A DNA stretch of 64,000 nt, from positions 5,022,001 to 5,086,000 of the forward strand of contig CM102289.1 in NCBI GenBank assembly GCA_046563655.1, written 5' to 3'. Each line of letters opens with the position of its first letter. Position 1 is the first letter of the stretch. A program made the translations under genes and the position numbers. Under the pieces are notes generated by a model. It saw only the letters and a program-made list of their open reading frames with translations. It did no database searches and was not told where the DNA came from. Source of the DNA: Yuukianura sp. NJ FZ-2021. Its lineage: Eukaryota. Below, in pieces: positions 13,471 through 23,800 of this stretch.

Positions 13471-15556
13471 ATGGCGGTTGAGGGTCGTAGAAGTCGTAGG
13501 TCACGGTTAGAAGGAAAAAATTTAGTTGTGACAGGAGCGAAGAAGGACGTTGATGATCTACATGTAGAAGAACTTTGGATGAAACGAATTGAGGTTCTGG
13601 AAGATCAGTATGACCAGCATCTCATTCAACTCCAGAAGGAACTGCTCAGTTCCAAAATACACGGTCGCGTTCTGACTTCCCTCAAGAACCAACATTCAGT
13701 TCTCAAAGCAAATCTTGCTTCCACCGAGAAACGATCCACTGCTCTGCAAAAGAAAGTTGACGATCTTGCATTCGTTGTGAAAGTCAAAGACTCGCGGGTA
13801 CGTACTTAAACAAACAAATACTTACGTAAAATTAGGAGAATAATAATAAAACACAATTAGCTATCTCTATAAAAATTGTTGCAGGAACATAAACTGAAGA
13901 GTGAGTTGGAAGCAAGCAACGACAGACTGAAGGAGCAGAGGTTTCGAATGAAGCAAACTGAAGATTTGACCAGGGAAGCAACAAGACAGCAGGAGCTGAC
14001 CAAACGCGAAACCTTGACGTTGAAAACCGAACAAAACAAGATGACGACTGCGCTTAAGGAAAAGGAGCTGGAACTTGGACAAGTACGGACCGAGATTAAT
14101 GAGCTGGGAAAACAAAGCCGTGTTTTGGCCCACACTTTGGCTAAGGCCGAGGCCCAACGAAGCAAACTGGTAAAGGCAGCAGTTGAGGCTAAAACTGAGG
14201 CGGCATTTCAGCGACGAGAACGTGAAACCGTTGAAGAAAAAATGCTAAGGTGTAACATCAACATATCTTCAAAATTCTTACTTTTTTTTTGTAAAACTTC
14301 CAACATGTTTTTACTTCTTTCTTGCTCAGATTGAAAACGGAATTGGATGAAATTTTGAAGCAGCTTCACGGTCAACAAAAAGAGACGAGTGAATTGACGC
14401 GACAGAAAGAACTGACAGAGAAGAACCTCGTGACGATGAGAGACGAATTGAAAAAGGTTTTGTCCAAAGTTACTTCAACAGCTTTGGAAACAAAATACTG
14501 GAAAGAAGAGGCAGAGATGCTGCTAAAAATGGCCGAAACGCCTCCCAAGAAACTTCCTACGATTCAGACAAAGATGACAGAACGGCAAGAACAGCGAAGT
14601 GAACATGCAGATCTAACTCGACGTCTCTCTCTTCTGGAAAAGAATTTGGCAAAAATGGAAAACGAAAAGATTTTGTTAAAAAACAAGATGGATTCGGTTG
14701 TAAAACTACAGAAGTCACTTTTGTCCATTCACCAAAAGAACTTGGCAAGCAGGAAAAACTTTGAAGAAAAGTTGAGACAAGATGGCTATGACGGAGTACG
14801 ACGAATTTGTAAGTCAAAGGTTAAGCAAGAAAAGCAAGTGATAGAGAAACAAGGTCAGCAGTTGAAGGTTTTAGAGAAGGAGTTATTCAAGAGTCAACGA
14901 GTCTACAATTTTCTGAAATTGAAGCTTCAACACAAATCGGAACTGGAGAAGAATTTGAGTATGGCAGAAGTCAAGTTGTTTCGAGCTGAACGTGAGAAAC
15001 GACAAGCTGAAACTGTTGGGAATCAAACGGCTCGGAAGTTGGGCTTAACGGCTCAAAGTTCAAGAACTGACACTTCGTCTCTGATTAACAATCTTTTGTC
15101 TCAAATTAAGTATGTCCAGGACTTGAGAGAGAAGCTTCCACGTCTTGAACCACGCAAGGTTTGTAAACCAAGTTAACGATAGACCTAAAATGAACAAAAT
15201 TTACGTTTAGACTACATTTTGTTCCTTTAAATTAGATGTCCACAGAATCCGGGGCAGGAGTCCAGAGCAAAGATTTATGTAACGACGGAGAGTTAGCGAA
15301 AGTTCGGGATTCCCTTCGTGCGTTAGAACGAAAACAAGCGGTGTATGCAAATATCCAAGCAGCCAAGGAACATGTGGCTGAAGAGCAACTAAAACGTTTT
15401 CAGGAAGAGGAAGAACTAGAGTCGGAGCCAGAAGTTACCGAATCGTCTGACACCGAAGAAGAGGAGACGTCTTTAACTGAATCAGCGCCAGGAGTAGACG
15501 CCGAAAGTGAGCAGAAACTAATAACAGAAGAGGCGGAAGCATCACCAAAAGATTAA
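13471..15556 (+). CDS. Uncharacterised long coiled-coil protein, 4 exons, 613 aa, acidic C-terminal tail
   Basis: Four track ORFs join via GT-AG introns in consistent phase: exons 13471-13797, 13885-14249, 14330-15158 and 15236-15556 (1842 nt). The product is K/E/L/Q-rich with heptad-like sequence throughout. No family motif recognised. Confidence 0.8.
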
Positions 15557-15747
15557 ACGTTATTTAATTCAACGTATCTGAGAACAAAAATTTCTAGTCG
15601 ATTAAAAAACTTTTACAGCTTAGCTCTTGAGTTATAGTAAAAATGAATTAACACAATAATCGTCTCCGTCCGATGTAACCATGACTGAGGCAGAATACGA
15701 ATTATATGCATACGCAATGATGGAGTAGCAGTAATCTTTGTTGGGAT

Positions 15748-16161
15748 TCAGTACTTCTTGATAGTCTTCTTTATAAGGGCTAGTCTCTGTTTGTGAGCTT
15801 CGTTAACTGGCATTCGTTTCATAGGCTTCAATTCTTCTGTTCCAAAACCAGGCATCCAAGTATTACAAGCTCGATCTACAAAAAAAAAGAAGAGGATTAC
15901 AAAGATTGCCTTAACGCTACTTGGAGAAGTAATTAAGTATTAAGTCCTTAGAATTAGCTAACAACTCTCACCAAGGTATCCCTGGACATCTTTGGGTTCA
16001 ATCGTTTTTGCCTTTCGAACGCTAGCAAGCACTGCAGCTCCTGCTACTAACTTTTCTATGTAAGTGTCGGCGTAGCTTAGAAAGAAATCCTCGACATCTT
16101 CGTCCAGTTGTGCATTGGGGTCAACCGCCTTCACCAATTCTTGAAGATGTTTTCTGTCCAT
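15748..16161 (-). CDS. TAF12: Transcription initiation factor TFIID subunit 12 (histone-fold), at least 2 exons, >=105 aa
   Basis: Minus-strand exons 16161-15972 and 15875-15748 (96-bp GT-AG intron) give MDRKHLQELVKAVDPNAQLDEDVEDFFL...IEPKDVQGYLDRACNTWMPGFGTEELKPMKRMPVNEAHKQRLALIKKTIKKY*. This matches the TAF12 signature (LQxLVxxVDPxxQLDEDVE; WxPGFG; EAHKQRxALIxKT). The true start could be on an upstream exon. Confidence 0.93.
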
Positions 16162-16869
16162 ATCTCCAAGTCCAAGAGCGAGATTAGTGGTATTGTGTAT
16201 TAAGTGGTCAATTAACAGTTTAACGATGAATTAATAAATTATTCGATTCGGGAAATAATTTTTGTTTACTTTTAAAATTCAGGAGATGATCACTTCACTT
16301 CACAGATGATTCTGGATGAAGTAAGGCGGAATTATTATCCGTTTACTTTAGCCACTTAATGTAAAGCTTAATGAAACTTAATTTTAAATCTTTAATTAAC
16401 TTAATGCTAAAACTTAATTAAAAACAACGCAATTTAAGGATCAATAAATCCTAATAATTCAAGGTGGTTCCATTTCATGGTAGCCACTGAGTGGTAACCA
16501 ATATGGTTGTATGGAGGATGGCTATACTGTACGGTTACAATGCAGCAGTGCCGCCTTTCCTTTACGCGTTCTCATTTTGTATGTTTTTATGTATGGTAAT
16601 CATACATACAACAAAAGTGTCTGTTTTGTCGAGTGTTGGTGGACGCTTCAACGTCCAGTGGCTTAATTGCCACTTCCAGTGGATATCCACTGGAAGAAAC
16701 GCGCACCAAATGGACGAAACTAAAAGTGGATGGAAGAAATCACAAATTTTGCGCGAAATTCAAATCAATTCAAATTTAAATTTACGAAATGATATCAGAA
16801 AGCTTTACTTTCGCGATTATAGTTAATATATTATTTAAAACGTATTTAAAAACGATATCTACTTAGTTT

Positions 16870-17070
16870 TAGTCTTCTGGAGACGCATGTCTACGACATG
16901 CTGAAGAAGACTATTGATACGACTTTGTCTGTCTGTCTGTCCGTCCGTAACGTTTTTTAGGACCCTTTCCCCTGAAACATAAGCCCCGTCGCAGTCGGGG
17001 AGTTATCTACGGCTTAAGTGTTTTCACTAGGTATACATTGCACTCAAAGTGTTAAATTAACAGTGATTTT
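16870..17070 (+). mobile_element. 5' block of a DINE-1/Helentron-like (HINE) element abutting the satellite array
   Basis: After TTT: inverted repeat TAGTCTTCT (16870-16878) / AGAAGACTA (16905-16913) enclosing hairpin GCATGTC-tac-GACATGC (16885-16901), then (GTCY)5 at 16927-16946. A further hairpin CCCCG..CGGGG lies at 16984-17000. No matching 3' subTIR was seen before the array starts. Confidence 0.6.
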
Positions 17071-20000
17071 GAAAGAGTGATTTTCCTACTAAACTTTTAA
17101 CTTTTTGGAATTTGGAATTTAGTTGATTAGAAAGAGTGATTTTCCTACTAAACTTTTAACTTTTTGGAATTTGGAATTTAGTTGATTAGAAAGAGTGATT
17201 TTCCTACTAAACTTTTAACTTTTTGGAATTTGGAATTTAGTTGATTAGAAAGAGTGATTTTCCTACTAAATTTTTAACTTTTTGGAATTTGGAATTTAGT
17301 TGATTAGAAAGAGTGATTTTCCTACTAAACTTTCAACTTTTTGGAATTTGGAATTTAGTTGATTAGAAAGAGTGATTTTCCTACTAAACTTTTAACTTTT
17401 TGGAATTTGGAATTTAGTTGATTAGAAAGAGTGATTTTCCTACTAAACTTTTAACTTTTTGGAATTTGGAATTTAGTTGATTAGAAAGAGTGATTTTCCT
17501 ACTAAACTTTTAACTTTTTGGAATTTGGAATTTAGTTGATTAGAAAGAGTGATTTTCCTACTAAACTTTTAACTTTTTGGAATTTGGAATTTAGTTGATT
17601 AGAAAGAGTGATTTTCCTACTAAACTTTTAACTTTTTGGAATTTGGAATTTAGTTGATTAGAAAGAGTGATTTTCCTACTAAACTTTTAACTTTTTGGAA
17701 TTTGGAATTTAGTTGATTAGAAAGAGTGATTTTCCTACTAAACTTTTAACTTTTTGGAATTTGGAATTTAGTTGATTAGAAAGAGTGATTTTCCTACTAA
17801 ACTTTTAACTTTTTGGAATTTGGAATTTAGTTGATTAGAAAGAGTGATTTTCCTACTAAACTTTTAACTTTTTGGAATTTGGAATTTAGTTGATTAGAAA
17901 GAGTGATTTTCCTACTAAACTTTTAACTTTTTGGAATTTGGAATTTAGTTGATTAGAAAGAGTGATTTTCCTACTAAACTTTTAACTTTTTGGAATTTGG
18001 AATTTAGTTGATTAGAAAGAGTGATTTTCCTACTAAACTTTTAACTTTTTGGAATTTGGAATTTAGTTGATTAGAAAGAGTGATTTTCCTACTAAACTTT
18101 TAACTTTTTGGAATTTGGAATTTAGTTGATTAGAAAGAGTGATTTTCCTACTAAACTTTTAACTTTTTGGAATTTGGAATTTAGTTGATTAGAAAGAGTG
18201 ATTTTCCTACTAAACTTTTAACTTTTTGGAATTTGGAATTTAGTTGATTAGAAAGAGTGATTTTCCTACTAAACTTTTAACTTTTTGGAATTTGGAATTT
18301 AGTTGATTAGAAAGAGTGATTTTCCTACTAAACTTTTAACTTTTTGGAATTTGGAATTTAGTTGATTAGAAAGAGTGATTTTCCTACTAAACTTTTAACT
18401 TTTTGGAATTTGGAATTTAGTTGATTAGAAAGAGTGATTTTCCTACTAAACTTTTAACTTTTTGGAATTTGGAATTTAGTTGATTAGAAAGAGTGATTTT
18501 CCTACTAAACTTTTAACTTTTTGGAATTTGGAATTTAGTTGATTAGAAAGAGTGATTTTCCTACTAAACTTTTAACTTTTTGGAATTTGGAATTTAGTTG
18601 ATTAGAAAGAGTGATTTTCCTACTAAACTTTTAACTTTTTGGAATTTGGAATTTAGTTGATTAGAAAGAGTGATTTTCCTACTAAACTTTTAACTTTTTG
18701 GAATTTGGAATTTAGTTGATTAGAAAGAGTGATTTTCCTACTAAACTTTTAACTTTTTGGAATTTGGAATTTAGTTGATTAGAAAGAGTGATTTTCCTAC
18801 TAAACTTTTAACTTTTTGGAATTTGGAATTTAGTTGATTAGAAAGAGTGATTTTCCTACTAAACTTTTAACTTTTTGGAATTTGGAATTTAGTTGATTAG
18901 AAAGAGTGATTTTCCTACTAAACTTTTAACTTTTTGGAATTTGGAATTTAGTTGATTAGAAAGAGTGATTTTCCTACTAAACTTTTAACTTTTTGGAATT
19001 TGGAATTTAGTTGATTAGAAAGAGTGATTTTCCTACTAAACTTTTAACTTTTTGGAATTTGGAATTTAGTTGATTAGAAAGAGTGATTTTCCTACTAAAC
19101 TTTTAACTTTTTGGAATTTGGAATTTAGTTGATTAGAAAGAGTGATTTTCCTACTAAACTTTTAACTTTTTGGAATTTGGAATTTAGTTGATTAGAAAGA
19201 GTGATTTTCCTACTAAACTTTTAACTTTTTGGAATTTGGAATTTAGTTGATTAGAAAGAGTGATTTTCCTACTAAACTTTTAACTTTTTGGAATTTGGAA
19301 TTTAGTTGATTAGAAAGAGTGATTTTCCTACTAAACTTTTAACTTTTTGGAATTTGGAATTTAGTTGATTAGAAAGAGTGATTTTCCTACTAAACTTTTA
19401 ACTTTTTGGAATTTGGAATTTAGTTGATTAGAAAGAGTGATTTTCCTACTAAACTTTTAACTTTTTGGAATTTGGAATTTAGTTGATTAGAAAGAGTGAT
19501 TTTCCTACTAAACTTTTAACTTTTTGGAATTTGGAATTTAGTTGATTAGAAAGAGTGATTTTCCTACTAAACTTTTAACTTTTTGGAATTTGGAATTTAG
19601 TTGATTAGAAAGAGTGATTTTCCTACTAAACTTTTAACTTTTTGGAATTTGGAATTTAGTTGATTAGAAAGAGTGATTTTCCTACTAAACTTTTAACTTT
19701 TTGGAATTTGGAATTTAGTTGATTAGAAAGAGTGATTTTCCTACTAAACTTTTAACTTTTTGGAATTTGGAATTTAGTTGATTAGAAAGAGTGATTTTCC
19801 TACTAAACTTTTAACTTTTTGGAATTTGGAATTTAGTTGATTAGAAAGAGTGATTTTCCTACTAAACTTTTAACTTTTTGGAATTTGGAATTTAGTTGAT
19901 TAGAAAGAGTGATTTTCCTACTAAACTTTTAACTTTTTGGAATTTGGAATTTAGTTGATTAGAAAGAGTGATTTTCCTACTAAACTTTTAACTTTTTGGA

Positions 20001-20388
20001 ATTTGGAATTTAGTTGATTAGAAAGAGTGATTTTCCTACTAAACTTTTAACTTTTTGGAATTTGGAATTTAGTTGATTAGAAAGAGTGATTTTCCTACTA
20101 AACTTTTAACTTTTTGGAATTTGGAATTTAGTTGATTAGAAAGAGTGATTTTCCTACTAAACTTTTAACTTTTTGGAATTTGGAATTTAGTTGATTAGAA
20201 AGAGTGATTTTCCTACTAAACTTTTAACTTTTTGGAATTTGGAATTTAGTTGATTAGAAAGAGTGATTTTCCTACTAAACTTTTAACTTTTTGGAATTTG
20301 GAATTTAGTTGATTAGAAAGAGTGATTTTCCTACTAAACTTTTAACTTTTTGGAATTTGGAATTTAGTTGATTAGAAAGAGTGATTTT
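17071..20388. repeat. 59-bp satellite array, block 1 (56 full monomers + 14 bp)
   Basis: Monomer GAAAGAGTGATTTTCCTACTAAACTTTTAACTTTTTGGAATTTGGAATTTAGTTGATTA (59 bp, 15/59 GC). (20375-17071)/59 = 56. Only two substitutions were noticed (17271 C>T, 17334 T>C). Confidence 0.99.
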
Positions 20389-20836
20389 GTCCAAGGCCCG
20401 TAGGCCGGGGGGACTAGAGCTTCGGCTCTATCCTACTAACACCTTGGACGGGCGCGGGTTCGAGTCCCGGCGTCGCCGACACGAAAGTCGTTTTCCAGAA
20501 ATGGTTTTTCCACTTTCCTAGCCCAGATGGGGTGTTCGGATGATAGGTCAGTTTGGGGGGTTATGGGTGCGTGTGAAGAGGTCAGTAGTTGCTGTTGTGG
20601 AGGGGGTCGTGGATGCGTACGATGCTGTTCCTGTCACTTGCCTGGAGCTGTGATATGTGGTAGGGCCCTAGCCCGTTCAGCTCTAGCAGAAAGCCTTTCG
20701 TCCTTCCCTCAGAACTTCTCGCCAACTATCTGACTGTACCACCGCCCCACCTCATAGGACCTCAACCCAACCCAGAAATTCCCTACCCCTGTTGATAAAG
20801 CTAAATGCTAATGTCAATTAACTCTCCAAAAAAAAA
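20389..20836 (+). mobile_element. 448-bp GC-rich interspersed element inserted in the satellite; SINE-like (B-box, A-tail, flanking duplication)
   Basis: Flanked by direct repeat GAAAGAGTGATTTT (20375-20388 and 20837-20850) and ends in A9 (20828-20836). Contains a perfect B-box GGTTCGAGTCC (20457-20467) within a tRNA T-arm-like stem CGGG-TTCGAGT-CCCG, and a weak A-box-like TAGGCCGGGGGG at 20401-20412. The insertion is certain; the class is uncertain. Confidence 0.65.
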
Positions 20837-23800
20837 GAAAGAGTGATTTTCCTACTAAACTTTTAACTTTTTGGAATTTGGAATTTAGTTGATTAGAAAG
20901 AGTGATTTTCCTACTAAACTTTTAACTTTTTGGAATTTGGAATTTAGTTGATTAGAAAGAGTGATTTTCCTACTAAACTTTTAACTTTTTGGAATTTGGA
21001 ATTTAGTTGATTAGAAAGAGTGATTTTCCTACTAAACTTTTAACTTTTTGGAATTTGGAATTTAGTTGATTAGAAAGAGTGATTTTCCTACTAAACTTTT
21101 AACTTTTTGGAATTTGGAATTTAGTTGATTAGAAAGAGTGATTTTCCTACTAAACTTTTAACTTTTTGGAATTTGGAATTTAGTTGATTAGAAAGAGTGA
21201 TTTTCCTACTAAACTTTTAACTTTTTGGAATTTGGAATTTAGTTGATTAGAAAGAGTGATTTTCCTACTAAACTTTTAACTTTTTGGAATTTGGAATTTA
21301 GTTGATTAGAAAGAGTGATTTTCCTACTAAACTTTTAACTTTTTGGAATTTGGAATTTAGTTGATTAGAAAGAGTGATTTTCCTACTAAACTTTTAACTT
21401 TTTGGAATTTGGAATTTAGTTGATTAGAAAGAGTGATTTTCCTACTAAACTTTTAACTTTTTGGAATTTGGAATTTAGTTGATTAGAAAGAGTGATTTTC
21501 CTACTAAACTTTTAACTTTTTGGAATTTGGAATTTAGTTGATTAGAAAGAGTGATTTTCCTACTAAACTTTTAACTTTTTGGAATTTGGAATTTAGTTGA
21601 TTAGAAAGAGTGATTTTCCTACTAAACTTTTAACTTTTTGGAATTTGGAATTTAGTTGATTAGAAAGAGTGATTTTCCTACTAAACTTTTAACTTTTTGG
21701 AATTTGGAATTTAGTTGATTAGAAAGAGTGATTTTCCTACTAAACTTTTAACTTTTTGGAATTTGGAATTTAGTTGATTAGAAAGAGTGATTTTCCTACT
21801 AAACTTTTAACTTTTTGGAATTTGGAATTTAGTTGATTAGAAAGAGTGATTTTCCTACTAAACTTTTAACTTTTTGGAATTTGGAATTTAGTTGATTAGA
21901 AAGAGTGATTTTCCTACTAAACTTTTAACTTTTTGGAATTTGGAATTTAGTTGATTAGAAAGAGTGATTTTCCTACTAAACTTTTAACTTTTTGGAATTT
22001 GGAATTTAGTTGATTAGAAAGAGTGATTTTCCTACTAAACTTTTAACTTTTTGGAATTTGGAATTTAGTTGATTAGAAAGAGTGATTTTCCTACTAAACT
22101 TTTAACTTTTTGGAATTTGGAATTTAGTTGATTAGAAAGAGTGATTTTCCTACTAAACTTTTAACTTTTTGGAATTTGGAATTTAGTTGATTAGAAAGAG
22201 TGATTTTCCTACTAAACTTTTAACTTTTTGGAATTTGGAATTTAGTTGATTAGAAAGAGTGATTTTCCTACTAAACTTTTAACTTTTTGGAATTTGGAAT
22301 TTAGTTGATTAGAAAGAGTGATTTTCCTACTAAACTTTTAACTTTTTGGAATTTGGAATTTAGTTGATTAGAAAGAGTGATTTTCCTACTAAACTTTTAA
22401 CTTTTTGGAATTTGGAATTTAGTTGATTAGAAAGAGTGATTTTCCTACTAAACTTTTAACTTTTTGGAATTTGGAATTTAGTTGATTAGAAAGAGTGATT
22501 TTCCTACTAAACTTTTAACTTTTTGGAATTTGGAATTTAGTTGATTAGAAAGAGTGATTTTCCTACTAAACTTTTAACTTTTTGGAATTTGGAATTTAGT
22601 TGATTAGAAAGAGTGATTTTCCTACTAAACTTTTAACTTTTTGGAATTTGGAATTTAGTTGATTAGAAAGAGTGATTTTCCTACTAAACTTTTAACTTTT
22701 TGGAATTTGGAATTTAGTTGATTAGAAAGAGTGATTTTCCTACTAAACTTTTAACTTTTTGGAATTTGGAATTTAGTTGATTAGAAAGAGTGATTTTCCT
22801 ACTAAACTTTTAACTTTTTGGAATTTGGAATTTAGTTGATTAGAAAGAGTGATTTTCCTACTAAACTTTTAACTTTTTGGAATTTGGAATTTAGTTGATT
22901 AGAAAGAGTGATTTTCCTACTAAACTTTTAACTTTTTGGAATTTGGAATTTAGTTGATTAGAAAGAGTGATTTTCCTACTAAACTTTTAACTTTTTGGAA
23001 TTTGGAATTTAGTTGATTAGAAAGAGTGATTTTCCTACTAAACTTTTAACTTTTTGGAATTTGGAATTTAGTTGATTAGAAAGAGTGATTTTCCTACTAA
23101 ACTTTTAACTTTTTGGAATTTGGAATTTAGTTGATTAGAAAGAGTGATTTTCCTACTAAACTTTTAACTTTTTGGAATTTGGAATTTAGTTGATTAGAAA
23201 GAGTGATTTTCCTACTAAACTTTTAACTTTTTGGAATTTGGAATTTAGTTGATTAGAAAGAGTGATTTTCCTACTAAACTTTTAACTTTTTGGAATTTGG
23301 AATTTAGTTGATTAGAAAGAGTGATTTTCCTACTAAACTTTTAACTTTTTGGAATTTGGAATTTAGTTGATTAGAAAGAGTGATTTTCCTACTAAACTTT
23401 TAACTTTTTGGAATTTGGAATTTAGTTGATTAGAAAGAGTGATTTTCCTACTAAACTTTTAACTTTTTGGAATTTGGAATTTAGTTGATTAGAAAGAGTG
23501 ATTTTCCTACTAAACTTTTAACTTTTTGGAATTTGGAATTTAGTTGATTAGAAAGAGTGATTTTCCTACTAAACTTTTAACTTTTTGGAATTTGGAATTT
23601 AGTTGATTAGAAAGAGTGATTTTCCTACTAAACTTTTAACTTTTTGGAATTTGGAATTTAGTTGATTAGAAAGAGTGATTTTCCTACTAAACTTTTAACT
23701 TTTTGGAATTTGGAATTTAGTTGATTAGAAAGAGTGATTTTCCTACTAAACTTTTAACTTTTTGGAATTTGGAATTTAGTTGATTAGAAAGAGTGATTTT

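Noticed and set aside
16491..16826. 111-aa plus-strand ORF upstream of TAF12
   Set aside because: GTG start, no recognisable homology, no evident splice partners; probably promoter/intergenic sequence.
20389..20445. Permuted twister ribozyme (GUCCAAGGCCCG / GGGGGG / UAACAC resemblance)
   Set aside because: The words resemble twister motifs, but the P2/P4 stems and both pseudoknots could not be assembled by eye.
20389..20480. tRNA gene
   Set aside because: Only the T-arm/B-box is tRNA-like; no acceptor stem, D-arm or anticodon arm can be built.
20675..20716. Minus-strand hammerhead ribozyme (CUGAGGG...GAAA)
   Set aside because: The core reads CUGAGGG rather than CUGANGA, stem II cannot form, and the would-be cleavage triplet ends in G.
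20527..20733. 68-aa Cys/Gly-rich ORF in the insert
   Set aside because: Explained by the G/T-rich composition of the element; no recognisable metallothionein or other pattern, and no supporting gene structure.
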